This document shows positions 1 to 10,353 of a stretch of DNA of 64,000 bases, in pieces; positions within the stretch are counted from its first letter, which is position 1, and the number at the start of each line of letters is the position of its first letter. The translations under genes and the position numbers were made by a program. The notes below the pieces were generated by a model. The model saw only the letters and a list, made by a program, of their open reading frames with translations, was not told the origin of the DNA and searched no databases. Source of the DNA: an uncultured Lachnospiraceae bacterium (lineage in GTDB: Bacteria; Bacillota; Clostridia; Lachnospirales; Lachnospiraceae); NCBI GenBank assembly GCA_902793845.1, contig CADBFE010000001.1:19221-83220 (forward strand), given 5' to 3'.

Positions 1-28
1 ATTTATATCAAATATTATAAAAAAGTAC

Positions 29-57
29 TTGCATATAATTTACATAAGTGGTAAATT
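29..57 (+). promoter_or_regulatory. Putative sigma70-type promoter of the rimP-nusA-infB operon
   Basis: TTGCAT (29-34), 17-bp spacer, TG-n-TAAATT (49-57). Confidence 0.55.
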
Positions 58-81
58 ATATAAGGTATCAGTAAAGAATTA

Positions 82-107
82 AAAGAGTAGGTTTCGGCCT
101 ACTCTTT
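82..107 (+). promoter_or_regulatory. rimP leader hairpin (attenuator/terminator-like)
   Basis: AAAGAGTAGG/CCTACTCTTT perfect 10-bp stem with TTCG-type loop directly before rimP, the position of the known Firmicutes rimP leader. Confidence 0.7.
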
Positions 108-123
108 ATTGTTGGAGAATTGT

Positions 124-588
124 ATGGCAGGAAAGAAAGATTATGAATCCGAAGCTGAAAAACTCCTCGGACCGATAGCAGAGGAAAACGGCGTCAGGAT
201 ATATGATGTGGAATATGTGAAAGAGGGCAGCGACTATTACCTCAGGGCATATATAGACAAGGACGGAGGAGTCACGATAGATGACTGTGAAGCAGTCAGC
301 AGGAGATACTCGGATGTACTTGATGAAGCAGATCTGATAAAGGATCCGTATATACTCGAGGTCAGCTCACCTGGCCTTGGCAGAGCGCTTAAGAAGGACA
401 GACACTTTGAGCAGAGCATCGGTATGGATGTAGAGATAAAACTGTACGAGCCGGTGGACGGTACTAAAGAGTACGAGGGAAAACTTGAGAGTTTTGACAA
501 AGAAAGTATTGTCATAAATATAAATGACACAAAGAAAACATTTTCAAGAAAACAGATTGCAAATATCAGACTTGCACTTGATTTTTAA
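124..588 (+). CDS. rimP: Ribosome maturation factor RimP
   Basis: YxLEVSSPG motif, TIDDCEAVSR; first gene before nusA. ATG 124 chosen because GGAG lies at 114-117 (track start 109). Confidence 0.95.
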   Translation: MAGKKDYESEAEKLLGPIAEENGVRIYDVEYVKEGSDYYLRAYIDKDGGVTIDDCEAVSRRYSDVLDEADLIKDPYILEVSSPGLGRALKKDRHFEQSIGMDVEIKLYEPVDGTKEYEGKLESFDKESIVININDTKKTFSRKQIANIRLALDF

Positions 589-614
589 AAACTATTTAGG
601 AGGAGAACAGGAAA

Positions 615-1934
615 ATGAAAGGCGATTTTAAAGAGGCACTTATTGCACTTGAGAGGGAGAGAGATATCAGCAGCAGGGTTATCCTTGATGCTATCGGCAA
701 ATCCCTTGTATCTGCATTTGAAAAGCAGTACAAGAGCAAGAACAATATCCATGAGATAATAGATTATGATAACTATCAGGTAACACTTATGGCAGACAAG
801 GAAGTCGTACCCACAGAGGACGACGTAATGGATCCTGCCATTGAGATATCACTTGATGAAGCCAGAGAAGTTAAGGAAGATGCCAATGTCGGCGATATCG
901 TTGAGGTAGAGGTACAGTCTTCTGAGTTTGGCCGTATGGCTGCACAGACCGCCAGAAACGTAATCACCCAGGCAATCCGCGAGGAAGAAAAGAATATCGT
1001 ATTCAGAAGCTTCAGAGCAAAAGAAAAGGATATCATCACAGGTATCATCAAGAAAAAGAACGTATCAAACATCAGCCAGAAACAGCTTGACGAGCAGGTA
1101 AGAAAGATCCGTGAAGAGGGCGCCAGAAAGAATAAGAGTCCTGAGGAGATCGAGGCTGAGATCAAGAATATCAAGAAGACTTCTGTAAGCTACACGATCA
1201 ACCTCGGCACAGCAGATGCCATCCTCACAGAGAAAGAGATGGTATTCCCCGTAGCTTCAGGTTCAAAAGACAAGGCAAACGAGCCAAACGAATCATATGA
1301 AGTAGGCAAGAGGATGAAGTTCCTCGTACTCAAGGTTGAGAACGGAAACAAGGGACCCAGAATCCTCGTGAGCCGTACACACCCTGACCTCGTAAAGCGT
1401 CTCTTTGAGGCAGAGGTATCAGAGATAAATGACGGTACAGTAGAGATCATGAGCATCGCCCGTGAGCCCGGCAGCCGTACAAAGATGGCTGTAGTATCAC
1501 ATAATGAAAATGTTGATCCCGTAGGTTCATGCGTAGGTGTAAACGGCGCAAGAGTAAATGCTGTTGTACGTGAGCTCAATAATGAAAAGATCGATATCAT
1601 CATCTGGGATGAGAACCCCGGAAACTTTATCAGAAATGCACTTTCACCTGCACAGATAGTAAACGTATTTGCAGATCCCGAGGAAAAGACAGCCAATGTC
1701 GTAGTACCCGATGATCAGCTATCGCTTGCTATCGGTAACAGTGGCCAGAATGCCCGTCTTGCAGCAAAGCTTACAAACTACAAGATCGATATCAAGTCTG
1801 AGACCCAGGCCAAGGATGCATACGGATTCCGTATTGAAGACTACATGGATGATGACGATGAGTATGATGAGGACGAGGAGATGAACTTCGAAGAGCCCGA
1901 TACAGAAGTGGCATCAGAGGAGTCAGAAAGCTAA
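615..1934 (+). CDS. nusA: Transcription termination factor NusA
   Basis: FGRMAAQTARNVITQ, AREPGSRTKMAV, LSLAIGNSGQNARLAAKLT (S1 and KH domains). Confidence 0.97.
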   Translation: MKGDFKEALIALERERDISSRVILDAIGKSLVSAFEKQYKSKNNIHEIIDYDNYQVTLMADKEVVPTEDDVMDPAIEISLDEAREVKEDANVGDIVEVEVQSSEFGRMAAQTARNVITQAIREEEKNIVFRSFRAKEKDIITGIIKKKNVSNISQKQLDEQVRKIREEGARKNKSPEEIEAEIKNIKKTSVSYTINLGTADAILTEKEMVFPVASGSKDKANEPNESYEVGKRMKFLVLKVENGNKGPRILVSRTHPDLVKRLFEAEVSEINDGTVEIMSIAREPGSRTKMAVVSHNENVDPVGSCVGVNGARVNAVVRELNNEKIDIIIWDENPGNFIRNALSPAQIVNVFADPEEKTANVVVPDDQLSLAIGNSGQNARLAAKLTNYKIDIKSETQAKDAYGFRIEDYMDDDDEYDEDEEMNFEEPDTEVASEESES

Positions 1935-2222
1935 ATGGCAGATCAGCGCAGTGCTAAGAAAACACCATTAAGGAGTTGTGTCGGATGCGGTCAGGCAAAA
2001 GATAAAAAAGACCTCATCAGAGTGATAAGGACTCCTGAAGGAAATTTTGAGATAGACCGGACCGGCAGAAAGAACGGACGGGGCGCCTACATATGCGATG
2101 ATGTGGAATGCCTTAAAAAAGCCGGAAAAAGTAAAGGCCTTGACAGGTCCTTTAGGATGAGTGTACCGAAAGAGGTATATGAAGCGCTTGAGAAGGAGAT
2201 TCTGATTGAACAGGCAAAATAA
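1935..2222 (+). CDS. ylxR: YlxR/RnpM family RNA-binding protein (DUF448)
   Basis: PLRSCVGC...GRGAYIC motif; canonical position after nusA. Confidence 0.92.
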   Translation: MADQRSAKKTPLRSCVGCGQAKDKKDLIRVIRTPEGNFEIDRTGRKNGRGAYICDDVECLKKAGKSKGLDRSFRMSVPKEVYEALEKEILIEQAK

Positions 2223-2559
2223 GATATATTCGATGCTCGGGCTTGCGGTGAGAGCCGGAAAGATAAAGAGTGGAGAGTTTGCGACGGAGCAGAGTGTTAA
2301 GACAGGTAAATGTTATCTGTGTATGGTCGCGGCGGATGCCTCGGACAACACGAGGAAAAAATTTAACGACATGTGTACTTTCTATGAGACACCAATCATC
2401 TTTTACGGTGATAAAGAAGAGATGGGGCACGCCATGGGAAAGGACATAAGGGCAACAGCTGCCGTGTGTGACGAAGGCTTTGCAAACAGTATTTTAAAGC
2501 TTGTCAAAGAGGAAACAGGTAAAGGACAGCAGGGATTTACGACGGAGGATAAATTATGA
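2206..2559 (+). CDS. ylxQ: L7Ae/YlxQ family ribosomal-protein-like
   Basis: [25 protein letters not shown]; lies between ylxR and infB. Confidence 0.9.
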   Translation: MNRQNKIYSMLGLAVRAGKIKSGEFATEQSVKTGKCYLCMVAADASDNTRKKFNDMCTFYETPIIFYGDKEEMGHAMGKDIRATAAVCDEGFANSILKLVKEETGKGQQGFTTEDKL

Positions 2560-5348
2560 GAATAAGAGAGTATATTAAGACAGTTGAAGGAATTAACAAT
2601 AATGATGTAATAGAGATTCTTGCAGGCAAGGGTATCGAGGGAAAGACTCCGGCAAGCAGTATTTCCGATGAAGAAATAGCAATCGTCGAGAAAGAACTTA
2701 AAGCAAGAGGCCTTATGGGCGGTCAGAAGGCCGAGGCGCCCAAGGCGGAAGCTCCCAAGGTTGAAGTACCTAAGGCAGAGGTAAAAAAAGAAGAGCCCCA
2801 AACAGAGGCACCTAAAGCTGAGGAGCCTAAAACTGCAGAGCCTAAAAAGGATGCACCCGTTTCAGGAGAGGCGCCCAAAAAGAAAAAGAAGATAGTTATC
2901 GTAGGTCAGGCAGCATCACCTGCATCAAAGCCCCAGGGTAATCAGGGTGGTCAGGACAGAAGACCTGTAAATAACCAGAATACAAACAGACCTGAGCAGC
3001 GCGGACCAATCAAGCCAAGGACCAATATGATCGACAGGGCTGCAGAGGCATCTGCCAGAAGAGAAAACGCAGAGCGTGAGGAAAACGAGCGTTTAAGGAA
3101 AGAGCAGGAGGCCCGCAGGGAAGAAGAAAAGAGCCGGGAGAGAGAACAGGCTCCCCAGGCAAGCGTTCAGCAGCCTCAGAGAGAAAACATATTCCGTAAC
3201 AGGGAGAATAACCGTCCTCAGGGAAATAATAATAACAATCGCCGTGACGGTCATGAGAACCGCCAGGGTGGATTTAACCGTGACAATCGTCAGGGCGGAG
3301 GATTTAATAAAGACGGCAACAGAAAAGGCGGCGTGATCATTGCTCAGGGTAATGTCGGCGGCAGAGGATTTAACAAGCCCGCAAAAACCCAGAACGGCAG
3401 ATTCGATGCTGCTCCCGTTACAGCTGAAAATGACAGACACCGTGACAAGACAAACGGCAAGGAGAGAGATTCAAGAAGCAAGAAAGACCTCCTCTACGAA
3501 GATGACGATATGATGATGGGTAAGGGCAGAAACAGCCAGGCAGGCCGTTTCCAGAAACCCGTCAAGGTAAAGGAAGAGGTTGTGGAGGACGATATCAAGG
3601 TAATCGTACTCCCTGAGATGATCACTATAAAAGACCTGGCTGACAAGATGAAGATACAGCCTTCTGCCATAGTAAAGAAACTCTTTATGCAGGGCAAGAT
3701 GGTGACTGTAAACCAGGAGATATCTTTTGAAGAGGCAGAGGAAATCGCGCTTGAATATGATATCATGTGCGAGCAGGAGGAAAAGGTTGATGTAATCGCC
3801 GAGCTCCTTAAAGAAGAGGAAGAGCCGGCAGAGTCACTTGTACCCAGACCTCCGGTAATCTGTGTAATGGGTCATGTCGATCATGGTAAGACATCACTCC
3901 TCGATGCCATCAGAAAGACCAATGTAACAGATAAAGAGGCAGGCGGTATCACACAGCATATCGGTGCCTATACAGTTAATATAGACGGCAGGGCAATCAC
4001 ATTCCTTGATACACCGGGTCATGAAGCATTTACATCAATGCGTATGCGTGGTGCAAACTCAACAGATATCGCTATCCTCGTAGTAGCAGCAGATGACGGT
4101 GTCATGCCTCAGACAGTCGAGGCTATCAACCATGCCAAGGCTGCAGGTATCGAAGTGATCGTAGCTGTCAACAAGATTGATAAGCCCGGAGCAAATATCG
4201 ACAGAGTAAAGCAGGAGCTCACAGAATATGAGCTTGTCGCAGAAGACTGGGGTGGTCAGACAATATTTGCACCTGTATCAGCCAAGACAGGCCAGGGTAT
4301 CCCTGAACTCCTTGAGATGATCCTCTTAACAGCAGATGTACTTGAGCTCAAGGCTAATCCCAAGAGAAAGGCCCGTGGTCTTGTAATCGAGGCTGAGCTT
4401 GATAAGGGACGCGGTCCCGTTGCAACAGTACTCGTACAGAAGGGTACTCTCCACGTAGGAGACTTTATATCAGCAGGAGCTTCACACGGTAAGGTCAGAG
4501 CCATGGTCGATGACAGAGGACGCAGAGTCAGAGAGGCGCTTCCCTCTACACCTGTAGAGATCCTTGGTCTTGATGATGTACCTAATGCAGGTGAAGTATT
4601 TATCTGCCACGATAATGACAAGCAGGCTAAGAATTATGCTGATACATTCATTGCACAAAACAAGGCAAAGCTTCTTGAGGAGACCAAGAGCAAGATGAGT
4701 CTTGATGAACTCTACAGCAAGATTCAGGAGGGTAACCTTAAGGAACTCAACATCATCATCAAAGCTGATGTACAGGGTTCTGTTGAGGCCGTTAAGCAGT
4801 CTCTTGTAAAACTCTCTAATGAGGAAGTAGTAGTCAAGGTTATCCATGGCGGTGTTGGTGCCATAAATGAATCTGACGTAATCCTTGCTTCTGCATCAAA
4901 CGCTATTATCATTGGATTTAACGTACGTCCCGATGCAATGGCCAAGTCTACAGCAGAGCGTGAAGGCGTTGATGTAAGACTTTACAAGGTTATCTATCAG
5001 GCTATTGAGGATGTTGAGGCAGCCATGAAGGGTATGCTTGATGCTGTATTTGAGGAAAAGATCATCGGTCATGCCGAGATCCAGCAGATCTTTAAGGCTT
5101 CTGCCATCGGTAATATCGCCGGTGCGAGAGTCATCGACGGATGCATTCAGAAAGACTGCAAGGTTCGTATCACCCGTGAGGGAGAGCAGATCTTTGAGGG
5201 ACCGCTTGCATCGCTTAAGAGATTTAAGGATGATGTAAAAGAGGTTAAGGACGGATATGAGTGTGGTCTCGTATTTGAAGGCTTTGATCAGATGAAGGAG
5301 CTTGATATCGTCGAGGCATACATCATGGTAGAGGTACCCAGAGAATAA
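2556..5348 (+). CDS. infB: Translation initiation factor IF-2
   Basis: [32 protein letters not shown] GTPase motifs; low-complexity N-terminus. Confidence 0.98.
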   Translation: MRIREYIKTVEGINNNDVIEILAGKGIEGKTPASSISDEEIAIVEKELKARGLMGGQKAEAPKAEAPKVEVPKAEVKKEEPQTEAPKAEEPKTAEPKKDAPVSGEAPKKKKKIVIVGQAASPASKPQGNQGGQDRRPVNNQNTNRPEQRGPIKPRTNMIDRAAEASARRENAEREENERLRKEQEARREEEKSREREQAPQASVQQPQRENIFRNRENNRPQGNNNNNRRDGHENRQGGFNRDNRQGGGFNKDGNRKGGVIIAQGNVGGRGFNKPAKTQNGRFDAAPVTAENDRHRDKTNGKERDSRSKKDLLYEDDDMMMGKGRNSQAGRFQKPVKVKEEVVEDDIKVIVLPEMITIKDLADKMKIQPSAIVKKLFMQGKMVTVNQEISFEEAEEIALEYDIMCEQEEKVDVIAELLKEEEEPAESLVPRPPVICVMGHVDHGKTSLLDAIRKTNVTDKEAGGITQHIGAYTVNIDGRAITFLDTPGHEAFTSMRMRGANSTDIAILVVAADDGVMPQTVEAINHAKAAGIEVIVAVNKIDKPGANIDRVKQELTEYELVAEDWGGQTIFAPVSAKTGQGIPELLEMILLTADVLELKANPKRKARGLVIEAELDKGRGPVATVLVQKGTLHVGDFISAGASHGKVRAMVDDRGRRVREALPSTPVEILGLDDVPNAGEVFICHDNDKQAKNYADTFIAQNKAKLLEETKSKMSLDELYSKIQEGNLKELNIIIKADVQGSVEAVKQSLVKLSNEEVVVKVIHGGVGAINESDVILASASNAIIIGFNVRPDAMAKSTAEREGVDVRLYKVIYQAIEDVEAAMKGMLDAVFEEKIIGHAEIQQIFKASAIGNIAGARVIDGCIQKDCKVRITREGEQIFEGPLASLKRFKDDVKEVKDGYECGLVFEGFDQMKELDIVEAYIMVEVPRE

Positions 5349-5734
5349 TGAGAAAGAACAGTATTAAAAATACAAGAATAAACTCAGAGGTCATGAAGAC
5401 TCTCGCAGAGATAATCAGGTCTGAGATAAAAGACCCCCGTATCCCTGAGTTTACATCTGTGACCGGTGTGGAGGTTGCTCCGGATTTAAAAACATGCAAG
5501 GTGTTTGTCAGCATGCTCTGTGACGGGGAAAAGGCCCAGGATGGATTAAAGGGCCTTAAATCTGCAGAAGGTTTTATGAAGAGGGAGCTTGCAAGAGAAC
5601 TTAATCTGCGAAACACACCGGAACTCAGATTTATCCTGGATACATCAATAGAGTACGGCAATCATATGTCAAAACTCATTGAGGAAGCCAACAAAAATAT
5701 CAAACGTGATGACGAAGAATCATCCGAAGAATAA
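5348..5734 (+). CDS. rbfA: Ribosome-binding factor A
   Basis: IKDPRI, APDLK, LRNTPELRFILD; follows infB. Confidence 0.96.
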   Translation: MRKNSIKNTRINSEVMKTLAEIIRSEIKDPRIPEFTSVTGVEVAPDLKTCKVFVSMLCDGEKAQDGLKGLKSAEGFMKRELARELNLRNTPELRFILDTSIEYGNHMSKLIEEANKNIKRDDEESSEE

Positions 5735-5748
5735 TTTTTAAAAGTATA

Positions 5749-6705
5749 ATGATAAATATTATTGAAGAAGTAAAAGATGCGGGGAGCATCGGAATAAGCG
5801 GACATGTGAGACCGGACGGGGACTGTGTAGGTTCCTGTCTTGGTCTTTATTTATACTTAAAGAAAGTGTACCCGGAAAAAGAGATCGATGTTTATCTTGA
5901 GCATCCCGGTCACTGCTTTACAGGTATTCCTGCTCTTGATGATGTAAAGACATCAGCTCCGGAGGGTAAAGTGTATGATATCTTTATTCTCCTTGATACT
6001 GTTCCAAACAGACTCGGAGATTTTGAGGATCTGTTTAACAGTGCAAAAAAGACAATAAACATCGATCATCATGTGAGCAACAAAGACGGCTCGGGAGATG
6101 TAAACTATATTGTACCCGGAGCATCTTCTACGGGAGAACTGATCTATAACCTGACAGAAAAACAGTTCATGGACAGGGATATTGCGACTTTGCTCTATAT
6201 GGCTGTTGCCCATGATACAGGTGTATTCAGATTTTCAAATACTACGGCCGATACAATGCGCTGCGCCGCAGATCTCATCGGCTATGGATTTGATTTTTCA
6301 GACCTTCTCGACAAGACCTTTTATGAAAAGACATATCTTCAGAACAAGGTTCAGGGGCATGTTGTCATAGACAGTAAACTGTACTTTGGTGGCAGACTCA
6401 TCGTCGGAGTAGCTACAGGTGAGTTTATGAATAAATACGGAGCGACGACTGATGATTTTGACGGAGTAGTCAATCAGCTTCTCCTGACCCAGGGCGTCCT
6501 CTCTGCAGTATTTATTTATGAAAAGAAACCGGGAGTATTAAAGTTCAGCCTTCGCTCAAAGACAGATGATGTGAATGTATCGGCGGTATCAGTCGCTATG
6601 GGCGGCGGCGGTCATGTAAGGGCTGCCGGATTTGACTACCGTGGAGAACTTGATGAAGGCATGAATAAAGTCATAGAGCTGTTAGGAAAGCAGATTAATG
6701 TATAA
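5749..6705 (+). CDS. nrnA: DHH family oligoribonuclease / pAp phosphatase
   Basis: HVRPDGDCVGS, NIDHH, DTG and GGGGHVRAAG (DHHA1) motifs. Confidence 0.9.
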   Translation: MINIIEEVKDAGSIGISGHVRPDGDCVGSCLGLYLYLKKVYPEKEIDVYLEHPGHCFTGIPALDDVKTSAPEGKVYDIFILLDTVPNRLGDFEDLFNSAKKTINIDHHVSNKDGSGDVNYIVPGASSTGELIYNLTEKQFMDRDIATLLYMAVAHDTGVFRFSNTTADTMRCAADLIGYGFDFSDLLDKTFYEKTYLQNKVQGHVVIDSKLYFGGRLIVGVATGEFMNKYGATTDDFDGVVNQLLLTQGVLSAVFIYEKKPGVLKFSLRSKTDDVNVSAVSVAMGGGGHVRAAGFDYRGELDEGMNKVIELLGKQINV

Positions 6706-7606
6706 CGGATTGATAAATGTATACAAAGAGCCCGGATTCACATCTATGGATGTGATAGCGGTGCTCCGGGGTATACTTGGGCAAAAAAAGATTGGGCACA
6801 CCGGCACGCTGGATCCTGCGGCAGAGGGTGTGCTCCTTGTATGTCTCGGCAATGCCACAAAGCTTTGTGACATGCTTGAAAATCATGACAAGACATACAG
6901 ATGTACGATGGTCCTGGGCAGGACCACCGATACTGAGGATACAACCGGTACTGTAACAGGGGAGTATCCGGTAAATGTAACAAAAGAGAGTGTAACAGAG
7001 GCAATCAAGTCTTTTATCGGTGATTATGACCAGATACCGCCGATGTATTCTGCCATAAAGGTTAATGGCAAAAAACTCTATGATATAGCAAGGAGCGGCG
7101 GCGAGGTAGAGCGAAAACCCCGTCATATAAAGATTTTTGATATAACTGATATAGTGACAGACCTGCCTAGAGTATCATTTACGGTAAGCTGCAGCAAGGG
7201 GACGTATATCAGATCTCTTTGCAGGGATATAGGAGAGAAGCTTTCCTGCGGAGGCTGCATGGAAAAACTGATCCGCATCAAAGCAGGTGATTTTGATATA
7301 AGCACATCCCTTAGGCTTGATGAGATTAAAAAACTGGCCGTTTCGGGAGATATTAATGAATCGGTGATACCGACTGAAAAAGTATTTGAAAAGTCACCTG
7401 TCCTTAAGGTAAAGCCTGAATATGCAAAGCTTATTGATAATGGCAATCCGCTGATGACAGAGTGTGTTGAACCTGCGATCATACCTGATAAAGGTCAGCG
7501 GTTCAGAGTGTACAATACGAACAATGTCTTTGTTGCCACATATATTTTTGACACTGAGAAAAACAGGCTGATGCCTGAAAAGATGTTTTTACAATATTCA
7601 TTATGA
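6698..7606 (+). CDS. truB: tRNA pseudouridine(55) synthase
   Basis: KIGHTGTLDP, QIPPMYSAIK, CSKGTYIRSL. Confidence 0.97.
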   Translation: MYNGLINVYKEPGFTSMDVIAVLRGILGQKKIGHTGTLDPAAEGVLLVCLGNATKLCDMLENHDKTYRCTMVLGRTTDTEDTTGTVTGEYPVNVTKESVTEAIKSFIGDYDQIPPMYSAIKVNGKKLYDIARSGGEVERKPRHIKIFDITDIVTDLPRVSFTVSCSKGTYIRSLCRDIGEKLSCGGCMEKLIRIKAGDFDISTSLRLDEIKKLAVSGDINESVIPTEKVFEKSPVLKVKPEYAKLIDNGNPLMTECVEPAIIPDKGQRFRVYNTNNVFVATYIFDTEKNRLMPEKMFLQYSL

Positions 7607-8547
7607 AGATAATCAGATACGATTTATCGGAAAATAAAAAAATAGATGAATTGGACGTGGAGAGAACAGCCGTTGCCATAGGCAAGTTTGACGGAGTCCA
7701 TAGTGGCCACAGATCTATCATAGAGGACCTGATCAGTAAAAAATCACTGGGACTTACGACTGTAGTCGTCTCGTTTGAACCTTATCCTGCAGAGTATTTC
7801 GGCATCGGAGATTTTAAATATTTATCCCTTTTTGAAGAAAAAGCAGCCATGCTTAAGGAATTCGGGATTGATATACTGATACTCCTTAAGTTTGACGGAT
7901 TTTCTGCAAACGTGACTCCGGAGAAATTCATAGAAGACTTTTTTGTGGACAAACTCCATATGGCATATATTGCAGCAGGTAAAGACCTCTCATTTGGCAG
8001 TAAGGGTGCAGGTAATGTATCGTTGCTAGAAAAATACAGCGGTGCATTTGATTATAGTATTAATGTAATCCCCAAACTGTGCGATGGAGATGCGGAGATA
8101 TCATCATCCCTTATCAGAAAAATGATTGAGGACGGTGATGTAAAGAGAGCAGGAGAGTACCTTGGATATCCCTATTCATTTACGGGAGAGGTCATCAGGG
8201 GGAGGCATCTCGGTTCGTCAATCGGATTCCCTACAATCAATGTAAAGCCTGATGACAAGAAAGTAATTCCAAAGTTTGGCGTATATTATTCATCCGTAAT
8301 TGTGGACGGGATTAAGTATTCAGGTCTTACAAATGTAGGTGTAAAGCCTACGGTTGGCAGCGACGGCGTATTACTGGAGACATATATATATGATTTTGAC
8401 CGTGATATATACGGAAAAACCGTAAAGGTATCATTACATGAATTTAAGCGCCCCGAAAAGAAGTTTGAGAGTGTGGAAGAACTCAAAAAAGCCCTTTCAG
8501 AGGATATTAAAGAGGGTAAAAATAACCAAAAAGCAATTCATATTTGA
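7603..8547 (+). CDS. ribF: Riboflavin kinase / FAD synthetase
   Basis: IGKFDGVHSGH, ISSSLIR, GFPTIN, NVGVKPT, LETYI. Confidence 0.96.
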   Translation: MKIIRYDLSENKKIDELDVERTAVAIGKFDGVHSGHRSIIEDLISKKSLGLTTVVVSFEPYPAEYFGIGDFKYLSLFEEKAAMLKEFGIDILILLKFDGFSANVTPEKFIEDFFVDKLHMAYIAAGKDLSFGSKGAGNVSLLEKYSGAFDYSINVIPKLCDGDAEISSSLIRKMIEDGDVKRAGEYLGYPYSFTGEVIRGRHLGSSIGFPTINVKPDDKKVIPKFGVYYSSVIVDGIKYSGLTNVGVKPTVGSDGVLLETYIYDFDRDIYGKTVKVSLHEFKRPEKKFESVEELKKALSEDIKEGKNNQKAIHI

Positions 8548-8687
8548 TATTGTTATGTGTAATAAAGCGAAAAAGTATATTCATGCTTGTTTTGGTTTAA
8601 CTCGTTATATAAAATTATATATGTCAGAAATGTTCTTTTAGAAGATTATTTGTTAGTAAATTTTTCTTTAGTTCGTAGGTAACGGAA

Positions 8688-10340
8688 ATGATTTTAAACA
8701 GTGTTATTTCGCTTGCCGGTGGTCTCGGACTGTTTCTCCTTGGTATGAACCTCATGAGTGACGGTATCGAAAAAGCAGCCGGAGCCAAGTTGCGTTCCAT
8801 ACTCGAGATGTTCACGACAAATCGTGTTATGGGTATGATCGTCGGATGTATTTTTACCGGTATCATTCAGTCATCATCGGCTTGTACAGCCATGGTTGTT
8901 TCATTTGTTAACTCAGGTCTGATGAATCTGTATCAGGCGGCGGGAGTAATATTCGGTTCCAACATCGGTACCACTATTACCGGTCAGCTTGTTTCATTCA
9001 ATTTATCTGCATATGCACCTATCATACTTTTATGTGGTGTACTGCTCACGATGTTCTCGAAGAATCTCACAGTTAAAAGGATCGGCGATGTGATAATCGG
9101 ATTCGGTGTCTTATTTATGGGTATTAAAGCCATGAGTTCTTCCATGACATCCCTTAATGATACAGGCCGTATCACAGAGATACTGATGGGACTTAAAAAT
9201 CCGCTTTATGCCATCGTGATCGGACTTGCGGTGACTGCAGTAGTTCAGAGCTCATCCGTGACTGTATCCATCGTACTGCTCATGGCCCAGCAGCATCTGT
9301 TTGTGGATACCAATATCTGTCTGTACATAATACTCGGATGCAATATCGGTGCATGTACGACAGCCCTTATCGCATCCCTTGCAGGTAAGAAGGATGCAAA
9401 GAGAGCAGCCCTCATACATCTGCTCTTTAACATCATCGGAACGATCATCATGTTTATCATCCTTCAGATTGCCATGGATCCGGTATCAGCCATGATCCAC
9501 AAGGTATCTTCTGATGAAGGACGTTTCGTAGCTAACGCCCACACAATATTTAAGGTATTCCAGGTAATCATATTATTACCTTTCTCAACACTGATAGTTA
9601 AGATGACTTACCTCATCGTACCCGGCAAGGATCAGAAAGTCGGATACCACGAAGCATTCCAGCTTCAGTATATCGGCGACAAGGTTCTCTTTAACCCGTC
9701 AACTGCCGTAGTAGACGGTATGAAGGAGCTTGAGAGAATGGCTTCTCTTGCATATGATAACCTGAACCGCTCTATGAATGCCCTGATCACACTGGATGAG
9801 GATGATATCAATCAGGTTTATGAAGTTGAGAAAAATATAGACTTCCTGAACAATTCGATAACCCATTATTTTGTAAAGATAAACCAGTCAACACTGCCTA
9901 TCGAAGACCTTAAAGAGCTGGGTTCCCTGTTCCATGTAGCCAACGATATTGAGCGTATCGGTGACCATGCGGAGAACATAGCCGATATGGCAATGAGGCG
10001 CAAGGCACTGGGCGTAGGATTCAGTGAGGATGCCCAGTCAGAACTGGCCCAGATGATGGCGAGTGTTGATGCCATGATAGAAAAGGCTATAAAGTGTATC
10101 CTTTCATCAGGTGACAAGACCAAACTGATGCTGGAGATATCTGAGCTTGAGGGCAAGATCGACTCCATGGAAAAACAGTTCCAGCAGCATCACATAGACA
10201 GACTGACAAAACAGCAGTGTACAGCGGAAGCCGGTATGATCTTCTCTGATGTAATATCAGGACTCGAGAGAGTATCGGATCACGCACTTAATATAGTCAG
10301 ATATCTTCAGAGAAGAGATCTGGCGGAGTTGACGGAATAA
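8688..10340 (+). CDS. Na+/phosphate cotransporter family protein with PhoU-like C-terminus
   Basis: Two QSSS repeats, GSNIGTT/GCNIGAC, hydrophobic N-terminal half, DIERIGDHAENI PhoU-like helices. Confidence 0.9.
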   Translation: MILNSVISLAGGLGLFLLGMNLMSDGIEKAAGAKLRSILEMFTTNRVMGMIVGCIFTGIIQSSSACTAMVVSFVNSGLMNLYQAAGVIFGSNIGTTITGQLVSFNLSAYAPIILLCGVLLTMFSKNLTVKRIGDVIIGFGVLFMGIKAMSSSMTSLNDTGRITEILMGLKNPLYAIVIGLAVTAVVQSSSVTVSIVLLMAQQHLFVDTNICLYIILGCNIGACTTALIASLAGKKDAKRAALIHLLFNIIGTIIMFIILQIAMDPVSAMIHKVSSDEGRFVANAHTIFKVFQVIILLPFSTLIVKMTYLIVPGKDQKVGYHEAFQLQYIGDKVLFNPSTAVVDGMKELERMASLAYDNLNRSMNALITLDEDDINQVYEVEKNIDFLNNSITHYFVKINQSTLPIEDLKELGSLFHVANDIERIGDHAENIADMAMRRKALGVGFSEDAQSELAQMMASVDAMIEKAIKCILSSGDKTKLMLEISELEGKIDSMEKQFQQHHIDRLTKQQCTAEAGMIFSDVISGLERVSDHALNIVRYLQRRDLAELTE

Positions 10341-10353
10341 AATAAAAGGAAAG

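Noticed and set aside
2724-3300. KAEAP- and Asn/Arg-rich repeats in infB (similar AAAAQ repeats occur in the NlpC/P60 linker)
   Set aside because: Ordinary low-complexity linkers in these families.
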